Assembly (NCBI GenBank): GCA_963717505.1
Contig: OY970342.1
Coordinates: 3,424,001-3,488,000, forward strand
DNA: 64,000 bases
Reading direction: 5' to 3'
DNA from: Candidatus Eiseniibacteriota bacterium
Lineage (GTDB): Bacteria > Eisenbacteria > RBG-16-71-46
Part shown: positions 18,901-29,025 of the stretch, in pieces
How positions within the stretch are numbered: the first letter of the stretch is position 1
Layout: each line of letters starts with the position of its first letter
The notes under the pieces: model-generated
What the model saw: only the letters and a program-made list of their open reading frames with translations
The model's database searches: none
What the model was told of the DNA's origin: nothing
Made by a program: the position numbers and the translations under genes

Positions 18901-19812
18901 ATGTTCAAACTCTCTCGATTGGCGACACCCGCGGCCGCCCTGCTCGTCGCTAGTTCTGCCCTGGCTCAGTCGCCCGGCATGGACGCATTGTGGCCTAACG
19001 ACGACGGCATGAGTTGGGACTACGCCCAGCACTACGAGAACTTCGAGAAGCCGCAGGTCGTCGACAACCGCACCCGGCTCTCCTTCACCGGCACGACCGT
19101 CGCACCGAATGGAATCCAGGCTCAGTACCTGCATCAGGAACTGATCAGCGGCCCGAGCACCGCGAATGCGTTCAACTCCGACCTGCCCGATCCGTTCCTG
19201 CGTACCCTGTGGGTGGCTCGGCCCGACCTCCGCGGGCGGATCCTGCAAGCGCTCGACGATCTACCGTGTCCCCAGTTCGCACCCCCGGCGTCTTTCGGAA
19301 ACCTGCTCACCGGTGAGCTGGCTTTTCGAAAGGCGCCCGACGAAATCGCAGCCTGGCGCTGCAATCTTCCCGATACCAAGTCTTGGATGTGGCTGGTCTC
19401 GGATCTCACGATCGGCAATCGATTCACACTCCAATTGGTTCCGGACCTGGCGGACGACGTTTTCCTTCATGGGACGATCGCCGCGATCGAAGACGTGACC
19501 GTTCCGGCTGGAACGTTCCTCAGCTGCGTGCGCGTCGACTACGTGATCGACTACGGTACCGGCGAATGCTCCGATTACGGCGGCGATCCCACCGGTAGCT
19601 ACCGTTCGCAGTCCGCGGGCCGCGTCCACTACGCACCCGGCGTGGGACCCGTGGCGAGCTACGAAGAGTTCGTCCCGTTCGCCGAGATCAAGGGGGAATG
19701 CGGGTCGATCGAGGTCGGGTTCGTTGCCTGGCTCGCCTCGCTGCAAATGGAGTCTTCGACGACTCCGGTTCGGCGTTCGACGTGGGGGCAGCTCAAAGCC
19801 ACGTATCGATAG
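18901..19812 (+). CDS. secreted hypothetical protein with C-terminal 'STWGQLKATYR' motif
   Basis: Signal peptide; DVTVPAGTF and YAPGVG motifs; AGGAG RBS. Confidence 0.75.
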   Translation: MFKLSRLATPAAALLVASSALAQSPGMDALWPNDDGMSWDYAQHYENFEKPQVVDNRTRLSFTGTTVAPNGIQAQYLHQELISGPSTANAFNSDLPDPFLRTLWVARPDLRGRILQALDDLPCPQFAPPASFGNLLTGELAFRKAPDEIAAWRCNLPDTKSWMWLVSDLTIGNRFTLQLVPDLADDVFLHGTIAAIEDVTVPAGTFLSCVRVDYVIDYGTGECSDYGGDPTGSYRSQSAGRVHYAPGVGPVASYEEFVPFAEIKGECGSIEVGFVAWLASLQMESSTTPVRRSTWGQLKATYR

Positions 19813-19828
19813 GCCTCTTGGGTACGCC

Positions 19829-20578
19829 ATGCTTCTCGACAAGAAAATGGCATTGGTAACAGGAGCCGGAAGCGGCATCGGCCAGGCGATCGCGATCAAG
19901 TTCGCCGAGGAAGGGGCGATCGTCATGGTCTCCGACATCGATGAACAGGGCGGGGCTGCGACCGTGCAACGCATCACGTCGGACGGCGGCAAGGCGAGAT
20001 TCTTCAAAGCTGATACCTCGAAACCCGCCGACAACGAGGCGCTGGTCCAGGAGACGGTCCGGCAGTACGGCGCGCTCCATATCGCGGTCAACAACGCCGG
20101 CATCGGCGGGCCCGCGGCACCCGTCGGGGAGTACCCGATCGATGGGTGGGACAAGGTCATCGCGGTCAACTTGTCCGGCGTCTTCTACGGTATGCGCTAC
20201 CAACTGGACGCCATCAAGGCGGCAGGCGGCGGCGCGATCGTCAACATCGCATCGATCCTCGGACAAGTCGGCTATCGAAGCGCAGCGGCCTACGTGGCGG
20301 CAAAGCATGGGGTGGTGGGACTCACCAAGAACGCCGCGCTCGAATACGCGCCGCACAAGATTCGCGTGAATGTCGTGGGCCCCGGATTCATCCGAACCCC
20401 GCTCGTCGAGAAGAGCCTGACGCCCGAGGTGCTGGGAATGCTCGAGGGCAAGCACGCGCTCGGGCGATTGGGCGAGTCTTCCGAGGTGGCGGAGCTGGTG
20501 CTATGGCTCAGCTCCGACAAGGCCTCGTTCGTAACCGGGGCCTACTACGCGGTCGACGGCGGTTACCTGGCGCAGTAG
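19829..20578 (+). CDS. SDR family oxidoreductase
   Basis: TGAGSGIG, NNAG, YVAAK, PG, VDGG. Confidence 0.92.
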   Translation: MLLDKKMALVTGAGSGIGQAIAIKFAEEGAIVMVSDIDEQGGAATVQRITSDGGKARFFKADTSKPADNEALVQETVRQYGALHIAVNNAGIGGPAAPVGEYPIDGWDKVIAVNLSGVFYGMRYQLDAIKAAGGGAIVNIASILGQVGYRSAAAYVAAKHGVVGLTKNAALEYAPHKIRVNVVGPGFIRTPLVEKSLTPEVLGMLEGKHALGRLGESSEVAELVLWLSSDKASFVTGAYYAVDGGYLAQ

Positions 20579-20664
20579 TCGGGTCGCGCGACCCGCGCCG
20601 CAAGGCACCGTGGTGATCGGCACGCGCGAGGAGGCGTGACGACCACCACGCTCGACCAAGGTCG

Positions 20665-23358
20665 CTACTTCAGCCGCACCACCTTCTGCTTCAGTGTTTC
20701 TCCACCCACTTTGACCTGCGCCCAGAAGACGCCCGGCCCGGCGTCACGCCCGCGGTCGTCGCGCCCGTTCCATATCATCTGGTGGTCTCCACCCCCGAGG
20801 TGGCCGATCCGACGCGAGTGGATCATGCGCCCGCGCGCGTCGTAGACCGTCAGCTCCACTGCAGCCGGACGAGCCAAGGTCAGGGCCAGCTCCAGCGAGC
20901 CGGCGAACGGATTGCGCCGCGTCTCGAGCCGGGTGCGGTCGGCCGCGGGCTCGTCCCCGACCGCCACGGTGGTCACGGTCGAATCGCCGGCCATCAGTAC
21001 CGGCGGCGACTTCCCGTGAGCGTTCCACGCGTCGAACATGGCCTGTCCATGGCTGGTGGTGGTGTTCTCGTCGCGCAGGAATTCCATGTAATCCTTGGAC
21101 GTCGTCTGATAGTAGAGACGCGCCACGACTCTGGCGGTTGTCCCCGGCAGGGTGAACGTCGAGGTGTCCCAATTCTGACCGTCCGCGTAGCGCGGCCCGG
21201 GCCGAGTCGGGTCCACCGGCCGGCCTCCGAAATTGTCGAACCCGGCGTTGGTGAACCCCACGGGCGGAATGCGATTGTCCTTGTAGATGGTGTCGTTCAA
21301 CGCAAAGTGGAACGACTCGCCGTGCGCCGCGCCCACCGCGGCCGCGAGCGCGGGGGAGATGCCGAGGTGCGTCTCGTAGACCACTCCACCCTCGTCACGC
21401 GTGAGCACGCCGGTGGCGGCATCGTAGGCCCCCGACTCGTAGATCTTCACGCCGTCCGAGTCGTAGGCGATCACGTTGAGCCACATGCGCCGGCCCTCGG
21501 GGTATCCGGTGGGCAGTTTGTGGCCGGTTCGGTTGGTCACCGTCACGGTCGCGACCCACGACTGATACCCGGGCGCCACCGAGACGTCGACCAGTGACGC
21601 CTTCTGCAGCATGCTCACGGCGCGCGCCGCGCCATCGGCGAGTGCCATGGCGTTGGTTTCGGTGGGGTAGAGTGACGCGATGACCGGTCCGATCCAGGCG
21701 TTGCCGCCCATCATGTCGTGGAGCGGCAGGTCGGGGCGGATCGGCGCCGAGACGTCGTTGCAGCCCTTGCCGTTGACGTCACGCAGGTGGCAATCCTGGC
21801 AGCTCGACACTATGCCGCCCGGCTTGTTCCCCGCGAACTCCGGCGCGTACACGCCACCGGGGAACGCGCTGTTCTTCCATTCGCTGTAGGTGCGCTCGAG
21901 CGGCATCAGCACGGTCGAGCTGACCGAGGTGGCAGCCTGATTGAGCGGACCCGGCACGTAGTCCGCGGTCATCGCCACGCGGTCGAACGCCGGGTTCGAG
22001 ACGTCGTGGCAGGTGCCGCAGAAGTCGCTCGACGCATGGAACGGCGACACCAGATAGGCGTGGGGCGCTGAGGTCACGAACGGTCCGCGCTTGCGCGGCA
22101 GCGGGTCCATCACGAACTGTCCGTTGGAGTACGAGGTCGGCCGATGCGCCGGCAGCATGCCGTTGAGGATGGCTTCGTCCTCGGGAGGGCTCACGCCCGC
22201 CTGATAGTTGGGATCGACCGCGCGGTGGCAGAAGTCGCAGGCCATGCCGTGACGGTCGAAAGCCGTGAGCTGGCTCCCGCTCGTGGGCTGGCTGCGGCCG
22301 CCCAACCAACCGAACGGCGAGTGGCAGCGCAGGCACAAGTCGCCCGAAGAGGGAGCGTCCTGCTCGGCAACGGCCATGGCCGCGTAGAAGAGCGGATCGC
22401 GGGCCGACTGTCCCATCAACATGCCCTCGAAGTTGTGGCCGGGCTCGACCGCGGGGTCGTAGCCCCCGTGGCAATTGACGCACAGGTTCGGGCCGTCGAA
22501 CGTGCCCGCTTCGAGCGGCTGCGATCCGGGCAGCTCGAAGTCGCGGAGGGTGGTCGGCACGATGCCGCCGGACTGCTGGACGATCGTGAACAAGCTGTTG
22601 CTGATGTCCTCGCCCTGGTTGCCGGCAGCGTCGCGCGCCACCACCCGCACCCGGTTGGTCGCGCCCGGCATGTTGTGCACGAACCACAGGAACAGTCCGG
22701 TGTTCGACAGGTTCCTGCCCAGCGGCTTCCACGGCGCACTCTCGGAGTCGCGGAAGTAGACGTCGACCGCCACGACGCCGACGTTGTCAGTGGCCGTCCA
22801 CGTCAGGTTGTGCGCGGTGCCGCCGTTCCAGTTCTCGCCGCCGTTGGGCCCGGTAATCGTGACTACCGGATTCTGCGTGTCGCTGCCCATGGTCGGCACC
22901 AGGTAGCCGAGGATCTCGGCCACGGTCACGTTCGTGACGTTGTTGACGTTGGCGGGGGAGAGCCCAGGGAAGGTGGGCGTGTTCGTGTACGGCGCTCCCG
23001 CGGTGATCTCGGTGCCCTGGGTGTAGCCGTCGGTGTCCGAGTCCTCGTTGGCGACCGACAGAATGCGCGTGGTCAGACAGGCCTGGTCGTTGCCGCCGCA
23101 GGCCGGGGCCTGGTTGATTGCGGCTTCGACCCGCTGGCCATAAAGGTTACGCGTGCCGCCACCGTTGAAATCGTAGTGGCAGGCGCCGCAGTGACCTGAG
23201 TTGCTCGGAAGGTTGTCGAGACGCGTGCCGGTTGCCGAAGGGTAGGCGTTGAAGAAGGCATCGCGGATCTTTGGTCGGGCAAGCGCGGTGGTCGCACTCG
23301 CCGCCAGCAGCACCAGAACCAGCCAGGCGGCCGGAGTAACCCGAAGTGCGGGACGCAT
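20665..23358 (-). CDS. secreted multiheme c-type cytochrome (6 CxxCH) with Ig-like and FlgD/CTD-like domains
   Basis: CGACH, CVNCH, CLRCH, CDFCH, CGTCH, CQDCH; GHKLPTG motif; signal peptide; C-terminal RNPF...VYDARGR...WNGRDDRG. Confidence 0.85.
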   Translation of the reverse strand: MRPALRVTPAAWLVLVLLAASATTALARPKIRDAFFNAYPSATGTRLDNLPSNSGHCGACHYDFNGGGTRNLYGQRVEAAINQAPACGGNDQACLTTRILSVANEDSDTDGYTQGTEITAGAPYTNTPTFPGLSPANVNNVTNVTVAEILGYLVPTMGSDTQNPVVTITGPNGGENWNGGTAHNLTWTATDNVGVVAVDVYFRDSESAPWKPLGRNLSNTGLFLWFVHNMPGATNRVRVVARDAAGNQGEDISNSLFTIVQQSGGIVPTTLRDFELPGSQPLEAGTFDGPNLCVNCHGGYDPAVEPGHNFEGMLMGQSARDPLFYAAMAVAEQDAPSSGDLCLRCHSPFGWLGGRSQPTSGSQLTAFDRHGMACDFCHRAVDPNYQAGVSPPEDEAILNGMLPAHRPTSYSNGQFVMDPLPRKRGPFVTSAPHAYLVSPFHASSDFCGTCHDVSNPAFDRVAMTADYVPGPLNQAATSVSSTVLMPLERTYSEWKNSAFPGGVYAPEFAGNKPGGIVSSCQDCHLRDVNGKGCNDVSAPIRPDLPLHDMMGGNAWIGPVIASLYPTETNAMALADGAARAVSMLQKASLVDVSVAPGYQSWVATVTVTNRTGHKLPTGYPEGRRMWLNVIAYDSDGVKIYESGAYDAATGVLTRDEGGVVYETHLGISPALAAAVGAAHGESFHFALNDTIYKDNRIPPVGFTNAGFDNFGGRPVDPTRPGPRYADGQNWDTSTFTLPGTTARVVARLYYQTTSKDYMEFLRDENTTTSHGQAMFDAWNAHGKSPPVLMAGDSTVTTVAVGDEPAADRTRLETRRNPFAGSLELALTLARPAAVELTVYDARGRMIHSRRIGHLGGGDHQMIWNGRDDRGRDAGPGVFWAQVKVGGETLKQKVVRLK

Positions 23359-23413
23359 GGGGCACCTCCAATCTCGGGCCTCGCCGGAGCGGAGCCGTCG
23401 CGGAGGTTGATTG

Positions 23414-23429
23414 AGCATTGGATGTGCCG
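23414..23429 (-). promoter_or_regulatory. putative sigma54 promoter of the multiheme gene
   Basis: CGGCACATCCAATGCT (GG-N10-GC) about 55 nt upstream of the ATG. Confidence 0.55.
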
Positions 23430-23651
23430 GCGCGGTGTGGCCGAGGCCCTCGATTCGAGACCCACGCAGAGGGCTATTCCAACGATGGTTCGCGCTGCCA
23501 TCGGCGAGGACCTGGCCGGCCGTCGAGGGAGGGATCCCTGCCATCGGGTCAGGTCGGTGACGCGGGTGGCAGGCGCCGCCTGCACACTGCGAGCGGGCCT
23601 CGGCGTGAGCCGACCTCTCTTGCCCGCGCTCCCGGTCGTGGCCATAGTCTA

Positions 23652-24998
23652 ATGGTCATGATTCGGTCCGCGTCCCAATACCTCGATCTTGCCGCTCGCC
23701 TGATTCGTGGCCAGCCCACGGGCGAGGCCCTCATCCGCTATCAGAGCCAGCGGTTACGCCGGCTGGTTCACCATGCGTATGAACGGGTGCCCCACTATCG
23801 GCGACTGTTCGACCAGCACGGGGTCAAGCCGCACGACATTCGTGGCGTTCAGGACCTGTCGAAGATCCCGATCACCACTCGCCGGGATCTGCAGTCGCTG
23901 CCCGTGGAACAAGTCGTCGCGCGCGGGGTCGACGCCGGGCGCATGGAGGTCCACCGCACCGCGGGCTCGAGCGGCGAGCCGTTCACGGTCCGTCGCACGC
24001 TCGCCGAGGACCGTTTTCTGTTCGCGCTGCGCTTGCGCGCGTTCCATCAGATGGGTTGGCGGCCGAGTGACCGCTGGGCCCACGTCGCCTCGCTGCGACC
24101 TACCACGGCGCGAACCGGCTTCGTCAACTCCGTGCTCAAGCGCTTCGGCTCGTTCCGCCCTCGTGGTTTCAACTGCACCGGTCCGCTCGAAGAGATCATC
24201 CCGGCGCTGCGCGAGTACCGGCCCGACGTGATCACCGGCTATCCCAACGCCCTGGCGCGCCTGGCGCTCATGCTCACCGACGACGATCGTCGCGTGATCC
24301 GACCACGTCTGATCGTGAGCGAGTCCGAAGTCCTGGCGCCGATCATGCGTGAGCACATCCGCAAGGGATTCGCGGCGCCGACTTACGAGATCTACGCGAG
24401 CTGGGAGTTCAACGTGCTCGGTTGGGAGTGCGCGTCGAGCGGTGAGCTACACACCTGCCCTGACACGGTCCTGCTCGAAATCCTGGCCGATGGCCGGCCG
24501 GCAGCCGAAGGCGAACGCGGGGAAGTGGTCGGCACCGCGCTCCATTCGTTCGGCATGCCGCTGATCCGCTACCGGCTCGGCGACGTCGTCACCCGGGGTC
24601 GTGACGCGTGCGCCTGCGGGCGCTCGTTTTCCACGATCCGTGCGGTGCAGGGTCGCATGCTCGACTTCTTCCCGCTGCCGGATGGTCGGGTCCTCCATCC
24701 ATACGAGATCTCGCGGCACTTCATCTACGGGACCTCACCGATCGTGAGTCAATACCAGCTCACCCAGGAGCGTAAGGATCACATGGTGCTGCGGGTCGTG
24801 CCTTCGCCCTCGGCCCCCCCCGACGCGTTTACGACCTTGCGCGAGCGGCTGGGCGAGCTGCTCGGCCCGCGGGTGACGATCAATATCGTCGTGGTCGACG
24901 GGATTCCATCGGAGCCGAGCGGCAAGTATCGCGTGGCGCGCTCCCTCGTGGCCTCGATGTACGATCAGAGCGCCACCGCCGACGAAAGGGGCCGTTGA
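23652..24998 (+). CDS. phenylacetate-CoA ligase/F390-like adenylate-forming enzyme
   Basis: TAGSSGEP, YASWE, MPLIRYRLGD, SGKYR. Confidence 0.85.
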   Translation: MVMIRSASQYLDLAARLIRGQPTGEALIRYQSQRLRRLVHHAYERVPHYRRLFDQHGVKPHDIRGVQDLSKIPITTRRDLQSLPVEQVVARGVDAGRMEVHRTAGSSGEPFTVRRTLAEDRFLFALRLRAFHQMGWRPSDRWAHVASLRPTTARTGFVNSVLKRFGSFRPRGFNCTGPLEEIIPALREYRPDVITGYPNALARLALMLTDDDRRVIRPRLIVSESEVLAPIMREHIRKGFAAPTYEIYASWEFNVLGWECASSGELHTCPDTVLLEILADGRPAAEGERGEVVGTALHSFGMPLIRYRLGDVVTRGRDACACGRSFSTIRAVQGRMLDFFPLPDGRVLHPYEISRHFIYGTSPIVSQYQLTQERKDHMVLRVVPSPSAPPDAFTTLRERLGELLGPRVTINIVVVDGIPSEPSGKYRVARSLVASMYDQSATADERGR

Positions 24999-24999
24999 T

Positions 25000-26196
25000 T
25001 TGCGGATTGCCTACCTCACCGACGGGTTCCCCTATCCCCTGACCAGCGGGCTGCTGCGTCACTACCACTTCATCCGCGAGCTGTCCCGGCGGCATCAGGT
25101 GACGCTCTTGTCGCTGGCCGAACAGGAGGCGACTGATGAGCAACGTGGAGCCTTGCAAGCGATCACGACCGACACCCTGACGTTTCCGTTCGAGCCCAGG
25201 CCGGGGTCGTTCGCGCGGCGTGCGATGCGGCAGTTGATGGCGCGGAATCCCTACGACTCGGCGGTCGAGCGCATGGGGGAGACCCTGGCTCGGATGGTTC
25301 GAGAGCATGCGTGCGATGTGGTCTTCTATTCGGGCATACGCACCACGCCGGTGCTCGAGCACGTGAAGCACGTTCCCGTGATCGTGGATCTGTGCGATTC
25401 GACCTGGGTGCGGCTGCGCTCGCGCCTGCCGAATCTCCCCCTGGGCCGGTGGCCGGTCGTGCTCCTCTACCATGCTCATGCGCGTCGCGTGGAAACACAT
25501 CTGCTGCGGCGGGCGACCCATGCGCTGTTGGCTGCGCCGCGCGACCTCGAGGCACTCGGTCGTGACGCGGAGGGAAAAGCGAGCGTGGTTCCCAACGGGG
25601 CGGACCTCGAGTACTGGCGGCGCACCTCGTCCGCCCGCGGAACGGGTACCATCGTGTTCACCGGCGCCATGCACTACCGGCCCAACGTGGACGCGGCCCG
25701 GTACTTGATCGAGCAGATCTTTCCCGAGGTCCAGCGGGCGATTCCCGAAGCCCGGCTGCTGGTGGTCGGCCGCGACCCACCTCGGGCGCTTCAGGCCGCG
25801 GCGCGCCGGCCGGGCGTCACCGTGACCGGTTTCGTGCCGGACATGAGACCCTACCTCGAGCAGGCCACGGTGTTCGCCGCGCCGATCCGGTTTGGCGCCG
25901 GCATCCAGAACAAGCTGCTCGAGGCCATGGCCATGGAGCTGCCGATCGTCGCTTCGCCGATCGCGTTCGACGGACTGCGTACTCAGGCCGGCGATGCACC
26001 TCCGATCGTGGTGGCCACCGACCGGGTGGGCTTCGCCCGCGAGCTGGTGAAGCTGCTGGAGGAGGGACGCCGCGATCGGACACCGCGACGTGACGTGCGC
26101 TGCTACGTGGAACGTCACTTTCTTTGGCGGGCGAGTGGCGACGCCCTGGAGAAGGTCTTGAGTCACGTCACCCACGACCGGCGAGCTGTATCATGA
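25000..26196 (+). CDS. glycosyltransferase family 4
   Basis: FPYPLTSG, VPNG.D, FTGAMHYRPNVDA, GAGIQNKLLEAMA. Confidence 0.88.
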   Translation: MRIAYLTDGFPYPLTSGLLRHYHFIRELSRRHQVTLLSLAEQEATDEQRGALQAITTDTLTFPFEPRPGSFARRAMRQLMARNPYDSAVERMGETLARMVREHACDVVFYSGIRTTPVLEHVKHVPVIVDLCDSTWVRLRSRLPNLPLGRWPVVLLYHAHARRVETHLLRRATHALLAAPRDLEALGRDAEGKASVVPNGADLEYWRRTSSARGTGTIVFTGAMHYRPNVDAARYLIEQIFPEVQRAIPEARLLVVGRDPPRALQAAARRPGVTVTGFVPDMRPYLEQATVFAAPIRFGAGIQNKLLEAMAMELPIVASPIAFDGLRTQAGDAPPIVVATDRVGFARELVKLLEEGRRDRTPRRDVRCYVERHFLWRASGDALEKVLSHVTHDRRAVS

Positions 26197-27266
26197 ACAT
26201 CAAGGCCCGGCCCTTCTCCGCCTTGGACGCGAACGAGGTCCACCTCTGGAGCCGCATTCAGATCGCCGACCCGATCGTTGACAGTCCGTTCCTCAGCGCA
26301 GGCTTCGCCCGCGCGGTCGCGGCCTGCCGGAAGGACGTCGAGGTCGCGGTTCTGAGCGACGGCGGGCGTACGGTTGGGTTCCTGCCGTTCCATCGATGCG
26401 ACGGGGACGTCGGCCGGCCCGTCGGCATGCGGCTCTCGGACTTGCATGGACCCGTCGTCGAGCCTGGTCTCGATTGGGATGCGGGCCAGCTGATTCGCGG
26501 CGCGTCTTTGACCGCATGGCACTTCGACCACGTGCCGGCAGCGCAGCTGCCGCTACAGAGATTTCACTGGGGCGATGCGTCTTCGCCGTACATCGACCTG
26601 AGCCGGGGGTTCGAAACCTATCGGGCCGAACGCCGGCGCGCCGGTTCCGAGCAGTTGCACCAGGTCGAGCGCAAGGCGCGCAAGCTGGAGCGTGAGGTGG
26701 GCCCACTCCGGTTCGAGTGGCACACGACCGATCCACGCGTGTTCAAGTTTCTGCTGGAACACAAGTCCGAACAGAGGCGGCGCTCGCGGACCTTCGACGT
26801 GTTGGAGCTCGAGTGGGTGGTCGAGGTGCTCGACCGGCTGCGCACCACGGCGTCCGACGACGTCTCCGGAGTGCTGTCGGCGCTCTACGTCGGGGATCGG
26901 CTGGTGGCCACGCACCTCGGGCTGCGTAACCGCCGCGTCCTCCATCTGTGGTTTCCCACCTTCGATCGCGAGTTGCACCATCACTCGCCGGGCTTGGTGT
27001 TGATGGTCGAGATGGTCAAAGCCTGTCATGGCCAGGGAATCGACTGTTTCCACCTGGGAGCGGGCATTCAGCAATTCAAGCTGGGCCTGATGACCGGCAG
27101 TGTGCCGATCGCCACCGGATCGGTGGCCACCGGGCGCGTCTCGTGGGCGATGGGTGCGGCGTCCTATCGGACGCGACGCTGGCTCGGCGCTTCGCCGATC
27201 CGTGCGGCGCTCGAGATCCCCGACCGTGTCCTCACCAATTGGCGCCAGCGCGCGGTGATGCGGTGA
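26193..27266 (+). CDS. GNAT N-acyltransferase, CelD/BcsL family
   Basis: SPFLS, LEREVGPLRF, HLWFPTFD..SPGLVL. Confidence 0.8.
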   Translation: MNIKARPFSALDANEVHLWSRIQIADPIVDSPFLSAGFARAVAACRKDVEVAVLSDGGRTVGFLPFHRCDGDVGRPVGMRLSDLHGPVVEPGLDWDAGQLIRGASLTAWHFDHVPAAQLPLQRFHWGDASSPYIDLSRGFETYRAERRRAGSEQLHQVERKARKLEREVGPLRFEWHTTDPRVFKFLLEHKSEQRRRSRTFDVLELEWVVEVLDRLRTTASDDVSGVLSALYVGDRLVATHLGLRNRRVLHLWFPTFDRELHHHSPGLVLMVEMVKACHGQGIDCFHLGAGIQQFKLGLMTGSVPIATGSVATGRVSWAMGAASYRTRRWLGASPIRAALEIPDRVLTNWRQRAVMR

Positions 27267-28357
27267 TCGCTGGTGCGGACCTGGCGGTTCGACTCACGCG
27301 TCCCGACCAGTTGTCGGTGGCCGAGCAGGACCTGTGGTCGCGGCTGCAACCGGCCGACCCTGAGTTGGACGGCCCGTTCTTCTGTCTCGAGCTGATTCAG
27401 GCCGTCGGGCGTGTGCGCCCCGACCTGGAAGTCGCGGTGATCGAGCGCGGCGGGGAAGTGCTCGGGTTCTTTCCATTCCAGCGTGGCGCGGGCAACGTCG
27501 GGCGCCCGGCCTTGAGCCGACTCTCGGAGTTCCAGGGATTCATCATGCCGCGCGGTGTTTCGTTCGACGCCGCCGATCTGCTCCGGCAATGCCGACTGGT
27601 GGCGTGGCACTTCGATCACCTGGTGGCGTCGCAGCTTCCGCTCCAGCCGTACCACTGGAGCGTCACCGGGTCGCCGGTCATGGATTTGAGCCGGGGGTAC
27701 CAGGCCTATGAATCGCAACGGCGGCAAGCCGGTTCGTCGCTCCTGGCCAGCCTGGGGCGGAAGTCGCGCAAGTGCGCGCGTGAGGTGGGTCCGCTGCGCT
27801 TCGAGTTTCACAGCCGCGATCCGGCAGTGTTCCGTGCGCTGATCGACTGGAAGACGCGGCAGCACGAGCAAACGAATCGCTTCCGGGTGCTCGACACCCC
27901 CTGGCTGATCGAGCTGCTCGAGGACCTGCAACGGGTCGAGTCGCCACGATTCTCCGCCGTGCTCTCGGCGCTGTACGCCGGCGACCGGCTGCTGGCGGTC
28001 CACTACGGGCTTTCGAGTCCGGCGTCGGTGCACATCTGGTTTCCCGCGTTCCACCCCGACTACTCGCGCTACTCGCCGGGCCTGCTCCTGTTCGTGGAAC
28101 TCGCGAAGGCAGCGGCGGACCGCGGCATCAGGCGCGTCGACCTGGGCAAGGGTCCCGAGCGCTACAAGATCGAGTTCATGACCGGGGCGGCGACGATTGC
28201 CGAGGGTTCGTTCGACACCCGGCCCGCACATCGCTGGGCGCGCCTGGTGTGGCATCGCGCCAATCGATGGCTGACGGCCTCGCCCAACCGCGCGGTGCTC
28301 GCGTTGCCGTTGGAATGGTCGCGGCGCTGGCGGCAGCGGCGAGCGTTCGGTCAGTGA
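27263..28357 (+). CDS. GNAT N-acyltransferase, CelD/BcsL family (paralog)
   Basis: WHFDHL, REVGPLRF, YSPGLLL, DLGKGPERYK. Confidence 0.82.
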   Translation: MIAGADLAVRLTRPDQLSVAEQDLWSRLQPADPELDGPFFCLELIQAVGRVRPDLEVAVIERGGEVLGFFPFQRGAGNVGRPALSRLSEFQGFIMPRGVSFDAADLLRQCRLVAWHFDHLVASQLPLQPYHWSVTGSPVMDLSRGYQAYESQRRQAGSSLLASLGRKSRKCAREVGPLRFEFHSRDPAVFRALIDWKTRQHEQTNRFRVLDTPWLIELLEDLQRVESPRFSAVLSALYAGDRLLAVHYGLSSPASVHIWFPAFHPDYSRYSPGLLLFVELAKAAADRGIRRVDLGKGPERYKIEFMTGAATIAEGSFDTRPAHRWARLVWHRANRWLTASPNRAVLALPLEWSRRWRQRRAFGQ

Positions 28358-29025
28358 CGTATTGGCAGGACGCGCGTGCGATCGCGCGGCGCCACGGAGT
28401 GCCGGCGGTCACCCTGTGGGTCGGGCACGGCCTGACAACCCGACTCTTTGGACTCGCGGGGAATCGCGTCCTGTGGCTCGACGCCGACCGGGTCGACGTG
28501 ACGCTCGGCCTGCCGCCCGAGGTCACCTCTCGGTTTCTCACGCCCGAGGAGGTTCGTGCGCTCGCGCAGGCACCGGTGAACACCTTGAGCGCGCCGATGG
28601 CCGAGCGCATCGCGCAGCTCGGCCACCAGTGTTACGCGGCATTCCAGGGCGAGCGGCCGATCGCCTATTGCTGGTACGCCACCGGGCGCATCGAGGCCGC
28701 GGATCACTGGGGCATTCCGCTGACGCTGCCGCCCGCGGTCGCGCTCAGCTACAACGCGTTCACCTACCCGGAATTCCGCGGACGCCGACTGCACGGCGGA
28801 CTCAAGGTCCGGGCGCTCAGGGCGATGCCGGGCATTCGCGCCCTGGTCTCGCTGGTCCGGATCGCGAACTGGCAATCGCTCAGGAGCCTCGAGCGTGCTG
28901 GATTCCAGGACCTCGGCGTGCTGCTGACCCTCGGCTCCAAGACCAAGTCCGTGCTAAGGATCCCCCGACGGGCGGCGGACCGGGGGATCCGTTTCTCGGT
29001 GGACGATCTTACGACGCCGGCTTGA
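28354..29025 (+). CDS. GNAT-like protein
   Basis: FTYPEFRGRRLH acetyl-CoA motif A; N.QSLRSLERAGF; GTGA coupling. Confidence 0.65.
   Translation: MTYWQDARAIARRHGVPAVTLWVGHGLTTRLFGLAGNRVLWLDADRVDVTLGLPPEVTSRFLTPEEVRALAQAPVNTLSAPMAERIAQLGHQCYAAFQGERPIAYCWYATGRIEAADHWGIPLTLPPAVALSYNAFTYPEFRGRRLHGGLKVRALRAMPGIRALVSLVRIANWQSLRSLERAGFQDLGVLLTLGSKTKSVLRIPRRAADRGIRFSVDDLTTPA

Noticed and set aside
17716-20578. DUF2911, secreted protein and SDR genes as part of the BlaI regulon
   Set aside because: No operator copy upstream, and a separate -10-like element (TGCTATCAT) precedes 17716
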